Made by a program: the position numbers and the translations under genes
Shown here: positions 10,720-23,440 of the stretch, one piece after another
Numbering within the stretch: the first letter of the stretch is position 1
Layout of the letters: each line of letters starts with the position of its first letter
DNA from: Octopus sinensis
Lineage: Eukaryota
Reading direction: 5' to 3'
Assembly (NCBI RefSeq): GCF_006345805.1
Contig: NC_043000.1
Span: forward strand, 139,128,001-139,192,000
Length of the DNA: 64,000 nucleotides
Notes under the pieces: model-generated
What the model saw: the letters and a program-made list of their open reading frames with translations, nothing else
Database searches by the model: none
Told to the model about the DNA's origin: nothing

Positions 10720-11760
10720 TACCAAGTCTGAAATTACTGGTCACTTTAAATCAAAACCATTGACAATGTTTCTGACAATGTTCTTTCCAAAACAAGATGC
10801 TCTAGAACTCACTCCTTTCCCCAACAAATTCTTCAATCTCTTTGTCTCCACAAGATATACTCTGATTTTTGGGAACATGCTATAATGCATCCTGTTCCCC
10901 AGGAAGAGTAATCCTTGAACCCAGCTTTATTGCACTTACATTCAACAACTCAAATTTTATGGAATAAACCATGAAAAACAATTTTCTCTATATGCTAGAC
11001 ATTTCCTCCCTTCCTTCCTACCACTTTAATGAGCATTGATATGGTTTTCTTAAACATATATGTACTCTCCTATGTTGCACACCAGGCACTCACTCATGCA
11101 AAGGTTCCTGAAAGCAAAATTATTGCACTCAACATCAACAGTGTTTTCAATTGTGTCTGATATGTGAAGGAATTACAACTGTGTTTTGTGGTCTGCTACC
11201 ACAACAGCTATCTTATAGGATCCAGTTAGCTCAAGACATCATCAGGAGGAACCCCGTCCGGTTTCAGCCCCTTCCCCTCTACCGTTTTGACATGGCGGGG
11301 CCCCACCCCCTTTCGGAGGTGTCTTCAGCTCTGGTGTTGGGTGCATGTCTTCTTTCTTCTGTTCCCTGGTTTCTTCGATGTAGCGTCAATGGGTATCAGT
11401 GGGCGACTGACTGACTTGTCAAATTTCTTCCCTTTAAAACTATTAAAATTATTAAAACTTCCCTATGGATTTTATAAGAGTCTCATTTCTTGGATTGGAG
11501 ATTTCCTATTATAATACATTATTGCAGCATATGCTGATGGAGCTCGCTCTGAGCCACGATCTATGACAAGACCAGTACTCAGTATTGACTGAGCTTTTAT
11601 CCTTTACTCAGTTACTCTCTTACTCCTCCTTCTCTGTTTATTTACATTGTACTTCCCACAGTTGCTACCATTAATCACTATTCTCAATATATTTTCTCTG
11701 GAATGTCTATTCTCTGAAAATACTTTGCTGTACAAGGTTTCCTCACTGTTGTTGAACTTG
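10720..11760 (-). mobile_element. Possible heavily decayed Tx1/L1-like LINE (ORF1 end/APE region)
   Basis: Coding-like composition; weak APE-like fragments (AIILLSGT, RVYLV, PVISD); many stops. Confidence 0.25.
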
Positions 11761-12280
11761 TAACAACAATGACATCATTGGCATCAATATCAATTGTCTG
11801 GGGGGGGGGTCTAGAATGTCATAGTTACAACTTGTTCCTTCAAAATAAAATCAATAAAAAATAACTATGAAAAACCACTCCAATAAAAATGTAATATTTT
11901 TCAAAAACTTAAGCTGTACGAAAGTTAAATACAGTTGGCAAGCTGAATTGTATTTGTGGCATGAACTGGAAGAGCAATTAAATATTTAAAAGAAAAAAAA
12001 ACCAATGCAAAAAACAAAAAAGACAATGAATGTGATATATGCAGCACCTACAAGAAAAAATTGGCAAGACACTACATGATTGCTAAATGGCTCTTCAAGG
12101 AAGAGTTTCTCAAACATTCAAACAGGCTGTAAGGTTATTTTCTTTGTTAAGGAGGGCATCAGCAGATAACTACAGTACCCACTTCAGCTCTCAGGATCCA
12201 GGACTGATGTAGTGTACATACATTCATCCATCCATCTATCCATCCATCCATCAATCCATACATACATACATAGGCACCAT

Positions 12281-12715
12281 GTAGTGGTACTGAACTGTTG
12301 AACCAAGTGAAATCGTAGTCAGGGCCAATGCCAGTGCTGTCTGACCAACACCAAAGCTGGTGGCATGTAAGAAGCACCATTCAAGCATTAGGCCTCATGG
12401 AGACAGGGACAAGTGACCATGACCCTTGGCGATATACCGTACTTGTGTTGACCTGTCAAGCCAAGTGAAACTGTAGACATGGCCGATGCTGGTGACAAGC
12501 CAATGGCACCCACGCTGGTGGCACACAAGAAGCACCCACTATACTCTCAGAGTGGTTGACATTAGGAAGGGCATACAGCTGTAGAAATCTTGCTAAATCA
12601 GATTGGAGCCTGGTGCAGGCCCCCCCAGTTTTCAGTCAAACTGTCCAACATTTGCTATTATGGAAAGTGGACATTAAACGATGATAATAGAGATGATGAT
12701 GAAGTTGATGATACA
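12281..12715 (+). mobile_element. Family D element
   Basis: Contains GCCAAGTGAAA and GCACC modules, AGGAAGGGCATACAGCTGTAG and a GAT-rich tail. Confidence 0.75.
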
Positions 12716-12985
12716 TGAAGATCTCTATCCTCATAGGACTTTTGTGGCCATTGGGCTTTACACCTTTATCTGCCATTAATGTACAACCAACACTTAAAAT
12801 GTTCATCTACAATTCTTAACCATTGTAACTTACTTGAAAATATTACAGTCACTTAAACTGACTTCAGTGCTTCACACTTCAAGGAAAGACACATTGTAGG
12901 CTTACGTAATAGTGATTTCAGTGCCCCTAAAATATGTAATGGTCTTAGCTGAAATGCTTTTGGTCATAGGCCATAGTTTTGCTTG

Positions 12986-13281
12986 TGGAGGCACATGGCC
13001 CAGTGGTTAGAGAAGCGGACTCACTGTCGAGAGATCACAGGTTCGAATTTCAGACCGGGCGATGTGTGTGTTTATGAGTGAAACACCTAAGCTCCACACA
13101 GCTCCGGCAGAAGGTAATGGCGAACTTCTGCTGACTCTTTCGCCACAACTTTCTCTCACTCTTTCCTCCTGCATCTTGCAGCTCACCTGTGACAGACCGG
13201 CATCCCGTCCAGGTGGGGAACCTATATGCCAAAGAAACCGGGAAACCGGCCCTTATGAGCCAGGTATGGCTCGAGAAGGAA
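12986..13281 (+). mobile_element. SINE family A with 14-bp TSD
   Basis: A box TGGCCCAGTGG, B box GGTTCGAATTTC; flanked by CATAGTTTTGCTTG at 12972-12985 and 13282-13295. Confidence 0.9.
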
Positions 13282-14011
13282 CATAGTTTTGCTTGATCCA
13301 TGTTGACCTGGGGCTAAAACATCACAATAACAACACTTTTAGAGCAAATAAAGCATTCTATCTAAACAATGATTACAAACCCAAAACGAGATCCGTATAT
13401 GATCTAAATCTGCATGTACAAGTTGGTCCTCTCTGCTGTAAGTCTATTGATGTGTGACAGACTACAGCACATAAAACATCAGTTTTTATATAAAGTGGCA
13501 CGTTATTGGCTAACATGTACGAAAGCATGCATATATACAAATCAAAATCCCAGTTTAGCAACAGTGCAAATAAAGTCATAATGTTTATTAGCAGAGCATG
13601 CAAAATATAATTTAGCTATTTATAAGTCAGAATACATGGATCTGATTTTCATATACCAAAGAAATCATTCAAGGATTTTATTGGATTTTGTGTATAATTA
13701 CATATTTAGACTATTGTTAGAGTCCAGCCTTATTCTGCACTAAATATATACATTTTTGCATGTTTTCCTGTTGTTATTGTTGTTGCTTGCTTTTTCTACT
13801 ATACTATACTGTAGTTGTTCAGTTAGATTAGATATTTGCTTGATTTCACAATTGTAATCATCATAATATTTATTAGTAGCTTTCTTCTAATCATTAATAA
13901 AAGGTTAATACTATTATTTATTTATTTTTATTAATAGTCAGTTACAAGAGTCTTAGAATATCTAGTCATATTTAACATTCATTTACATACATACATATAT
14001 ATTCATCTATG

Positions 14012-14258
14012 TAAAGGTGGCATGCTGGCAGACTTGTTAGCGCGCCGGGCAAAATGCTTAGCGGTATTTCGTCTGTCGTTACGTTCAGAGTTCAAATTCT
14101 GCCGAGGTCGACTTTGCCCCTTTCATCCTTTTGGGGTCGATGAATAAAGTACCAGTTTCGCACTGGTGGGGAGGGGGGTCGATGTAATCGACTTAATCCC
14201 TTTGTCTGTCCTTGTTTGTCCCCTCTATGTTTAGCCCCTTGTGGGCAATAAAGAAATA
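14012..14258 (+). mobile_element. tRNA-derived SINE, family C (monomer)
   Basis: Head GCTGGCAGA...GAGTTCAAATTC, core CCTTTCATCCTTTTGGGGTCGAT...AAGTACCAG, 3' end GCCCCTTGTGGGCAATAAAGAAATA. Confidence 0.9.
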
Positions 14259-14699
14259 TATATTCATCTATGTGTGTTTGTGTGTGAGTGTCGGAGGTGC
14301 ATGTGACTATGATTAAATTATTTTACAATTAAGTTCTCACGATTGAAGATAGAATAAAAGAATTCATATATAAACTAGTTCTTGAATTTCATTTCTCAAC
14401 ATCTTGTTACAAAACTATCCTATTTATTATTTCTTTTAAATTACCATGAGTGTTTATCAATTACTACATGCTTCCAGATATTTTTTTTTCATTTTGGTTA
14501 AAATTTTTTGTTTCAATACTTTTATAAATCTAGTGCAGTCTTGGAAATCACTGATGAGTTAATAATGATTATGATTTTATAAAGAATATTTGAAACCAGA
14601 AAAAATAATAGGAACTTGATTTTCATTTTAAAAGTTTAGGTCTCTATAGATGAGATGGTTAATAGTAACGATAAATTATAGAGATGGTGTTCAACAGAT

Positions 14700-15960
14700 C
14701 TATTCATCCTAGAGAAACCTGTTATATTCATCTTCATAAAAAACTTATGTTATCTTCACAGAAAACTGTTAGGTTCATCATTGTAGACATTGCCAAAATC
14801 AGTATTATTACTGCTCCAATGTTTATTTGGTCAGTATGGTAGTAAATCTGGATTGATGAGGACTTCAGCAGAAAACCTCGCCCTTGTAGTTTAGCTAAGT
14901 ACCCAGTATGAGATATTTTTTTTATGATCCTCTCCTCAACCAAGCAGAGCCTGCACCTCTTGCAGTAGTTAAATTGAAATTAACAATTAACAATTTTCAA
15001 GTGTCTTCCACTTGATGTTCCAATGCATGCTTTGCTATACATGTAACATTGCACCTTGCTTGGATGTTTAAAAAGGTCTTGTAGGTATTGAACCTGGCCC
15101 CGAACAGACCTTCTGTCACACTCATACTTTTGTATGCCACTTACTTCTTTGGAATCCTTTGACAATACATCCATCTCATATTCTATAGTTTTTGTATTGT
15201 AATAACAGTTAAGCTGACATGTAATAGAAACTCTGCATGAGTAGCTTGGAGCTACTGAGTAATAATTTCTTTATGCTAGAAACACAGCTAAAAGAGATCT
15301 GTAAAGTGTGTTTATTAAATAATTTCCTGTATATATGGATTTGGAGGAAGCACTTAGCAACTAAACCAAAACCTTGCATACACAAGTCCTTGCATTCAGG
15401 GAAAATGGGGTTATAAAAGCATATGACATTATGTACCAATTTGTTATGGTGGGGTTAGGATCAGGAATACGCCTAATCTTATCCTTAGAAATACTGGCTG
15501 ACAGAGCCTTGTTGTAGTATACCTTGTGATGTTGAAAGATGAGCAGAGAATTATTCTGCTACTCCACTTGATTAGGTTCCTGAAATTTATAGCTACATGG
15601 CAGAAACCTATATTAATATATGTCATCCTCTTGTTCAATTTACAAATGGGTTTATAGGTACCAGTGTCTAAGTCTAATGCTACATACAGGAAATAACTAC
15701 TCTCAGAATGGCATCTATTGTGACTTTGAGCTCAAGAGAAATAAGAGCAGGGGTTAGATTTTTTTCCACAAATCTATGAAGTGTGCAACCGCTTAATTGG
15801 AACAAAGCCTCATTTCTATAGAGGCCAAAGCTAGTTAAATGGAATTTCTTAGTGTACAAGTCTAGAATAAACAGGCCTGTAAGGGCCACAAATATCACTA
15901 TTAAATGCTGTCATCACATTATCAAAGAGCCTTCTAGATCAGTCTTCTTAATTGAGGTCA
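14700..15960 (-). mobile_element. Decayed Penelope-like element (RT plus GIY-YIG region; Neptune-like)
   Basis: Frameshifted minus-strand motifs: GLFILDL...FGLYRNEAL (15803-15826; cf. GLYRDDGL), LDLDTGTYKP, ICFYNPIF (cf. IWFNPPY), YRKLFNKHTLQISFSC (cf. KIFNRNTVKISYSC), CIG (GIY-YIG second motif). Confidence 0.8.
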
Positions 15961-16049
15961 AAACTAGTCAAAGACTAAAGTTTTCTTGGTGTGTATGATG
16001 ATGTTTATGTCTTTGTTGCAATTTTTATCAAATTTTGCCCCAACACTTC

Positions 16050-16218
16050 TATGCATGCATGTATGTATGTATGCATGTATGTATGTATGCATCTATCTAT
16101 CTATACATATATATGTACACATACATATATACATACATATACATACATACATGCATACATACATATATACATACATACACACACAAATATGTGTGTGTGT
16201 ATATATATATATATATAT

Positions 16219-16250
<32 letters not shown>

Positions 16251-16282
16251 AATATATATATGTATATACATATCTATATATA
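16050..16282. repeat. Compound (TATG)/(CATA)/(TA) microsatellite
   Basis: Direct reading. Confidence 0.95.
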
Positions 16283-17357
16283 AAAGAATCAACAGTCTTT
16301 CCATAGTCATAGGCTCAAAAGGGTGGCTAATTTCCCTGCTTCCCTTACTGATCAGGACTGCTCTAGTATAAGATCCTATTGTTTTTTTGTGGCTTCTGAA
16401 TTTCTTTTGTGATTCTGCAACTTCTTTGGGCTAATGTACTATTTTATGAAGGTACTGTGAGATTTAGTATGATTTAATAGTATTATTTGGTAGCATGGGA
16501 GATGCTGGAGATGGAATATTAGTAGCAGTAATCATTGGAGAAATTGATGAAAATGACCCATTAGAATCATTAAAACAGAGAATCACATGATCAACATGTG
16601 CCCTTTCAGGAGATGGAGAAGATGGGGATATTAACCTATTGATAACATTATCATGATTAACAGATGTGCTTGCAGAAGCATATTTGGGAGTTATTTGTTG
16701 AATTGATGCTGAGCTTTTTCATCTTCTAATTCCATCCAGGTTTTTTTTTCTATCTGCTTGAATCAGCCACCATGCATCTGTGGAAAAATTTTAATGCATT
16801 GTTCTTGTAATGAACCATTTTCTAATCTCATAAAAACGGTTTACAGCTACTCATTATTGTCTGCCAAGTAATTTCTCAGCATGTAATTTCTTTATACCAG
16901 ATGCTCTATAACGGTTGAGAAAAGACCTTTAGCATATATCACACGTTTTAATTGATGGACCCTAACCTTTTAATGATTATTTACATAGGCTCTTTCTGCT
17001 GCATCATTAGCTTTTATACTGTAGGTAGGACTTCCAACTTTCTTGTGACCAATTTGGATTAATTTGACCTTTAGTTGAATGAATTCTGGTCCATTGGTAC
17101 CACCGAGATTGGGGAAGCAAATCTAGAAAAGATGGAAAGCAAGCATTCTCTTATGCTTTCCAAGATTCAGTGGGAACATAAAACAACTTCAAGTCATCGC
17201 TGATTTAATAACAACCAACATATTCTCAACATTTTATACTCCTTTTTATACTCCTTTTTTTTCTCCATGCATTATCTTCCTTAAGACCATGATTCAAGTC
17301 ACATATGAGATCTAACACAATCTTAAGTTTATTAAGAAAATATCTGTCTATCAAACA

Positions 17358-17515
17358 CAGGTGCTAGAGTGGCTGTGTGGTAAGTAGCTTGCTCACCAAC
17401 CACATGGTTCTGGGTTCATTCCCTTGGGCAAGTGTCTTCTATTATAGCCTCAGGCCGACCAAAGCCTTGTAAGTGGATTTGGTAGACGGGAACTAAAAGA
17501 AGCCCATCGTATATA

Positions 17516-17574
<59 letters not shown>

Positions 17575-17576
17575 AG

Positions 17577-17608
<32 letters not shown>

Positions 17609-17820
17609 TTATGTGTCTGTGTTTGTCCCCCCAACATCACTTGACAACCAAGGCTGGTGTGTTTACGTCCCCGTAACTTAGCAGTTCAGCAAAAGAGACC
17701 GATAGAATAAGTTCTAGGCTTACAAAAGAATAAGTCCTGGGGTCGATTCGCTCAACTAAAGGCAGTGTTCCAGCCTGGTCGCAGTCAAATGATTGAAACA
17801 AGTAAAAGAGTAAAAGAGTA
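17358..17820 (+). mobile_element. SINE family B
   Basis: Head, internal (TA)n and (AAAAGAGT)n tail; head partly deleted. Confidence 0.9.
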
Positions 17821-18320
17821 AGTATTTACTTTCTTCAGTGATTGCTGTGCAACTACATGTATATGTCACAGAGAGTGTAAAGAAATTTTGCAAAAGCTTT
17901 CTGTAATAAATATCTTGTTTTAAGAAAAGATAATGTCAATCTCTTCAATTATTTCAGAATGTATGAAGCAAACTGCTAATCTAAAAGAATTGGTCTAAAT
18001 CATTTTTTTTTAGCAATATACTTAAAGATGCATGTGTTGAAAAGATTTTTTGATATCTTCAACACCCTGAGAATCTAATGTGTATCATACTTCAACTTAG
18101 TAAGAACATCAACATCACTGATAGTTTTCTAGACTTGTAAATAGTTTTGAGCTCATATTGCAATAATATGAGGATCCACCAAATAATTTACTGTGATACT
18201 CACCTGGCGACATAAAGATACTTTGAAAACCGAATTGAAATGGCTGATGATCAGTATCGAGAGAGAAAGATTTTTCTCAAAGAAAACATTTCAATCTTTC
18301 AACACACCATACTTTCAATA

Positions 18321-18731
18321 TTACTCTTACTCATACTTGTTTCAGTTATTTGACTGTGGCCATGCTGGAGCACCGCCTTTAGTCGAGCAAATCGACCACA
18401 GGACTTATTCTTTGTAAGCCTACTACTTATTCTATCTGTCTCTTTTGCCGAAATGCTAAGTTATGGGGATGTAAACACACCAGCATTGGTTGTCAAGCGA
18501 TGTTGGGGGGACAAACACAGAAACACAACCATACACACACATACATATATATATACATATATATATGACGGGTCCCTTTCAGTTTCCGTCTACCAAATCC
18601 ACTCACAAGGCTTTGGTCGGCCCAAGGCTACAGTAGAAGACACTTGCCCAAGGTGCCATGCAGTGGGACTGAACCCAGGACCATGTGGTTCGTAAGCAAG
18701 CTAATTACCACATAGCCACTCCTATGCCTAT
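18321..18731 (-). mobile_element. SINE family B
   Basis: Reverse-complement match to family B. Confidence 0.9.
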
Positions 18732-20029
18732 GTTAAATATTGTTAAAATTTACCTTAGAACTATCAAGTGTATGACCAATACATACTTTGGACTTTCTAC
18801 CTGGGACAATATTCCTACAATTGAAAATTCAGGTGTGTGACATATGTGAGTGAATGTTGCAAAAGTCAGATCTTACAGTAAATGTTCTTTTGTTGTCTAA
18901 AAGACATTTTGTTTCTTCTTCCTCTGAGTAAAACATCCCTTTTTTCTTAAAAGAGTAGGCTCAATTCTGTTTGCAAATTTTGATATTAGCTGATGATAAC
19001 TGTTTATTAACTTCAAATATACCATGGTTCCTTCTTTCAAGTTAGAAACTCTAAACCATTGAATCTTATCTAAAAGAATTTATGATAGTTTGGTACTCTC
19101 TGTTAAAATATTCGTTCCTAGAATACTTAAACAAATACATGATTATGGCCTTCATTTGGATTAATTGTTATTTTGTCCATTTCATTCAAATGATTACTGC
19201 ATTTTCTTGAATCTTTTATTCATCCTGGGTTGCTGCAAAGACGAATATATCATTCTGATAGATAATTACACCAACAATTACCTTCATTATTACCTTCTGA
19301 CAACGCTGGAAAATAGAGCTGCTCATTGGGAAACTAATATGATGTCTATCGATTAGACATCATATTAGTAACTGCTTGTATTTATTGCATGCAATCTCTT
19401 GGGGTTTTTTTTCTCATTCAAATCAATCTAGAAATATGAATTCTTGAAATTAACTGAGAAAAACGATTTTGCAGTTTGCATATCAGTGAACATAGCTTCA
19501 AGATTGGTAGTTGGAAGAGAAAAAGTTTAAATCTTGACATTTAAATGTATTTTGTAATCAGTGCACATTCTTAATATACCATCTTTATTTTACATTCAAA
19601 CAATTAGTAGTGTATGTTGAAATCTTCTTTTGGACATGAAGTAACAATTTCTGTCATTTTTAGAGTTTGAAGTTTATTCTCAGTATTGTTTATGTGTACT
19701 GGAACTGGGTGCATGGAATAAATTTCATTTTTGATTGTATTTGATGCTTAAATGTCCGCACTATATTATTCTATTGATGGTTAGCACTTAGAAACATAGA
19801 AACTTTACATGTGTTTCAGAATGTCTGCACAGATTAAATCGAAGTTACACTGTCTATTAACCATAAAAAAATGAAATGATTTGTCGTTGACTTATACCAA
19901 ACAAAACTACTGTACTAACAACTATTGTAATTTTTAACCATTAAAACAAGTTAGATCATGTCATTATGTTTGACAATTAAAAATAAATTTGTTAAGAGTT
20001 ATGTCAGAGTGATAGTGCAGAGTGTGCAA

Positions 20030-21200
20030 ATATTCAGTTGCCTTTGACAGGGCCTCCCGCTCCTTTACTTGGTGATCAATATGAAAACTAGGGTTAGATG
20101 AATAGTTGGTGAGAGCCCTACAATCCATGTACTGGGATACTGTCAGTAAAGGGAAAGTCAGTAATAGGTATAGCAACGAATTTAGAGTACAAGTAGGACC
20201 AGTTCTCAACCTCTTCTTGTTTATCATAATCCTCCAAGCCATAAGAGAGAAATTTAAGACTGGTTGCCCTTGGGATCTTCTCCATGCTGATGATCCTGTT
20301 CTGATAGCTGAATCTCTACAAGAATTAGGGAAGAAATGTTAGGTGTGGAAGCAATTTCTGGAACCAAAGGGCCTCGCAGTTAGTTTAGCAAAGACCAAAG
20401 TTCTAGTTAGTAGGAGGGCAGACAAGTCACTAATCCATTCAGGGAAATGTATAAGCCGAAATTCCATATGGTGTACTCAGTATAAGCTATGGACACATAA
20501 GTGGTGCAGCAGTATCACAGGAGGGTTAACAGAGAAGGTAGTCTATGTATGTGGCAGGTGTACAGGTACAATAAACACTAAGAAAGTACAGGAAATACAC
20601 TTTCTCAAGTGCCCTAGGGAATCCTTAAAAGTAGTAAGATAGCTTCCATTACCTAGGTGGCCAAGTTAGCAATGGTGGAGGAAGCTCTGAATGCATAGTT
20701 GCTTGAATAAGAACAGGCTGGTAAAAAGGGCCTCTGCCTCAGAGTGAAAGGTAGATTGTATGATGGCTATGAATGGACAGCTATGCTACATGGTATTGAA
20801 ACATGGACTGTGATTGCAGAAGATATGTAAAAGCTTGAAAGAAATGAAGCCAGCGTGCTCCACTGGATATATAATGTCAGTGTGCCTGTATGACAAAGTT
20901 TAAATGTTTTAAGAGAAAAATTAGGCATAAGAGGCATCAGATATAGTGTACAAGAGAGGAGAATGTACTGGTATCGTCATGTGATGCATGTGAATAATGA
21001 CAGCTGTATATAGAAGTGCTAATCTCTAACTGCAGAGAGAACCTGTTGGAGAGGTTGACCCAGAAGGAATTGGGATGAAGTGGTGAGATATGATCTGCAG
21101 ATGATGAGCCTCACAGAGGAAAGAGCAAGGGAATAAGATTTCAGGTATTTTGCTGCGCTTGAGAAGACACATCGAGCTAATTAAAACTGTGGCCATCAGT
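20030..21200 (+). mobile_element. Decayed RTE-type LINE (RT with Cys-rich/PHD-like insert)
   Basis: AFDRA, LVRALQSMY, PVLNLFLFIIIL, DLLHADDPVLIAES, KGLAVSLAKTKVL, WCTQYKLWTHKWCS...YVCGRC; multiple stops and frameshifts. Confidence 0.85.
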
Positions 21201-21490
21201 ACATCCAGGCATGCTCCACCTCACACACACAGACACATAATCTGCCTTCTGTCAAAATTCACCCATGATCAACACCCCATTCTCACCACCAATGATCATC
21301 ACCCACTGCAGGCTCCTCCACTCTCCCTCACATGCCAATCTGCTCGCTCTGCATTCCCTCATTTCTGTTGCCAAGCCATTCCAATTTACTCACACTCACT
21401 TGGTACAGTCACCTCTTCCCCATCTCTAAACATCTGCCTTCACACACTTATGGAACATTTCGTCTCTATTCCGTCTGTACCACTTATACT

Positions 21491-21900
21491 TATTTCTTTA
21501 CTACCCACAAGGGGCTAAACACAGAGAGGACAAACAAGGACAGATAAACAGATTAAGTCGATTATATTGACTCCAGTGCATAACTGGTACTTATTTAATC
21601 GACCCCAAAAAAATGAAAGGCAAAGTCGACCTTGTTGGAATTTGAACTCAGAACGTAGCAACAGACGAAATACCTATTTCTTTATTACCCACAAGGGGCT
21701 AAACATAGAGGGTACAAATAAGGATAGACATAGGTATTAAGTCGATTACATCGACCCCAGTGCGTAACTGGTACTTAATTTATTGACCCCGAAAGGATGA
21801 AAGGCAAAGTCGACCGTGGCAGAATTTGAACTCACAACGTAACGGCAGACGAAATACCGCTAAGCATTTCACCCAGCATGCTAACGTTTTTGCCAGCTCG
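21491..21900 (-). mobile_element. SINE family C head-to-tail dimer
   Basis: Two units; + strand junction GACGAAATACC|TATTTCTTTA at 21674/21675. Confidence 0.9.
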
Positions 21901-22099
21901 TACACAGTTCCACCATCTTTTTTTCCTACTCTCATTTTGACTGTCTGTCTCTGTCTTTCTCTCTAAATCTATCTCTCCTTCCTCTCTTTTCCTTTCCTAC
22001 TGGGATAGTCAAGTATCTCCTCTAAAGTAAGGCATTTACTTCCATCCCTCTGAACGGGCACAATACCACCTCCCTCAGTTCTACTACCTCCCCCAGCTG

Positions 22100-22362
22100 A
22101 GAGGTCTTCATCTTGCAAGTTACTTGGTGACCCCACTGGTTTTGGAACCATGTAAAATGAACCAGTGCTGGTGTCACAAAAATGCACCCAATATACTCTG
22201 TAAAGATGTTGGCATTTGGAAGGGCATCTATAGCTGTAGAAACCATGCCAAAGTGGACAATGGTTCTGGTACAGCTCTTCAGCTTGCCTAGCTCCTGTCA
22301 AACCATCCAACCCATACCAGCATGGAAGATGGACATTAGATGAAGATGATGATATCAACAAT
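22100..22362 (+). mobile_element. Family D element (diverged)
   Basis: GGAAGGGCATCTATAGCTGTAGAAACC...CCAACCCATACCAGCATGG...GATGAAGATGATGAT. Confidence 0.7.
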
Positions 22363-22391
22363 GACAATGAAACTATTTCGAACTTGTATCT

Positions 22392-22787
22392 TTACTTTTT
22401 TTTTTTTTTACTCTTTTTACTTGTTTCAGTCATTTGACTGCGGCCATGCTGGAGCACTGCCTTTAGTCGAGCAACTCGACCCCAGGACTTATTCTTTGTA
22501 AGCCCAGTACTTATTCTATCAGTCTCTTTTGCCAAACCGCTAAGTGACGGGGACATTAACACACCAGTATCGGTTGTCAAGCAATGCTAGGGGAACAAAC
22601 ACAGACACACATACATACACGCACACACACATATATATATACATGTATACGACGGGCTTCTTACAGTTTCCATCTACCAAATCCACTCACAAGGCTTTGG
22701 TCGACCCGAGGCTATAGTAGAAGACACTTGCCCAAGATGCCGCACAGTGGGACTGAACTCGGAACCATGTGGTTGGTAAACAAGCTA
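22392..22787 (-). mobile_element. SINE family B (5' end slightly truncated)
   Basis: Reverse-complement match to family B. Confidence 0.9.
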
Positions 22788-22989
22788 CAATATTATGGAA
22801 AAATCTTATTCCTATACTGGGGTTTTTGACTGAAAGAGCCGAATTATATTACAATTAAAACATTTCTACTTATATGAAAAACCTAGAAGAATGTAATTAA
22901 CGGTAATTATTGCAATGTTTAAACTGGCTTCAGTCCTTGCTAGTAGTGTAACATAAGTCTTTATTAGATTCAAAAGCACTTGTCTGGGC

Positions 22990-23440
22990 ACAATTTTACA
23001 AGCACTGGCTCTGGCTGATTCTTTTTTATTGCAGCAAATTTAAAAAACGAATTCATATGTTGAGATTTAGCAGGAATTTATTATCTAGGTCTCCTTGCTT
23101 TTGCTTCAGGCTAAAGAATTTGAACCAGTCTTAGATAATGTGTGATTCTTTACGTTTAGTTATTTTCTTGACTGCATATTTTAAATCTTCAAATAGACAA
23201 TTTTGAATTGTCTTAGGATACAGGATGTCTTTTATTTTCATATTTGCAATTATGTCACACAATACAAAGGATTTTATCTTAACTAATTTAGCCTCAGTAT
23301 CATCGTTGAGCAATCTTGAGTTAATTTGTATTTGCTACGAAGTATCTTCTACTTCATAGTTATCAAGATCTAAGTGTTTATTAGATTATGTCTTATAATT
23401 GTCTACTGATAAGTAGAGTTGCAAATTACTTATTTGTTTT
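22990..23440 (-). mobile_element. Decayed Ty3/Gypsy gag-like region, probably the same element as the pol at 16.3-19.7 kb
   Basis: LDLDNYE...DILYPKTIQNCLFEDLKYAVKK...KESHII*DWFKFFSLKQKQG (23092-23124) resembles the gag pattern KTFEELxxxLxxHFxPKxSVIAERFKFxxRKQxxGE; same strand, upstream of pol. Confidence 0.65.

Larger units (their letters stand above)
16330..19720 (-). mobile_element. Decayed Ty3/Gypsy pol (RT-RNase H-integrase), interrupted by two SINE-B copies
   Basis: Minus-strand motifs in Gypsy order: HPVPV, KDGILRMCTDYK (19551-19586), SSIFQR...GVIIYQNDIFV (YxDD-derived, 19243-19260), VWCVERL...TDHQP (18241-18255), LLQYELKTIYK, KVGSPTYSI...VHQLKR (~16950). Purine-rich PPT-like run near 16335-16350. 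Confidence 0.8.

Noticed and set aside
11236-11270. Minus-strand GAAAC...CTGATGA, suggesting a type II hammerhead
   Set aside because: No stem I hairpin can form between the putative cleavage site and CTGATGA, and stem II does not pair.
12986-13060. tRNA-like sequences with A and B boxes (also in all SINE-A/B/C heads)
   Set aside because: No complete cloverleaf; each continues into a shared SINE body, some with TSDs.
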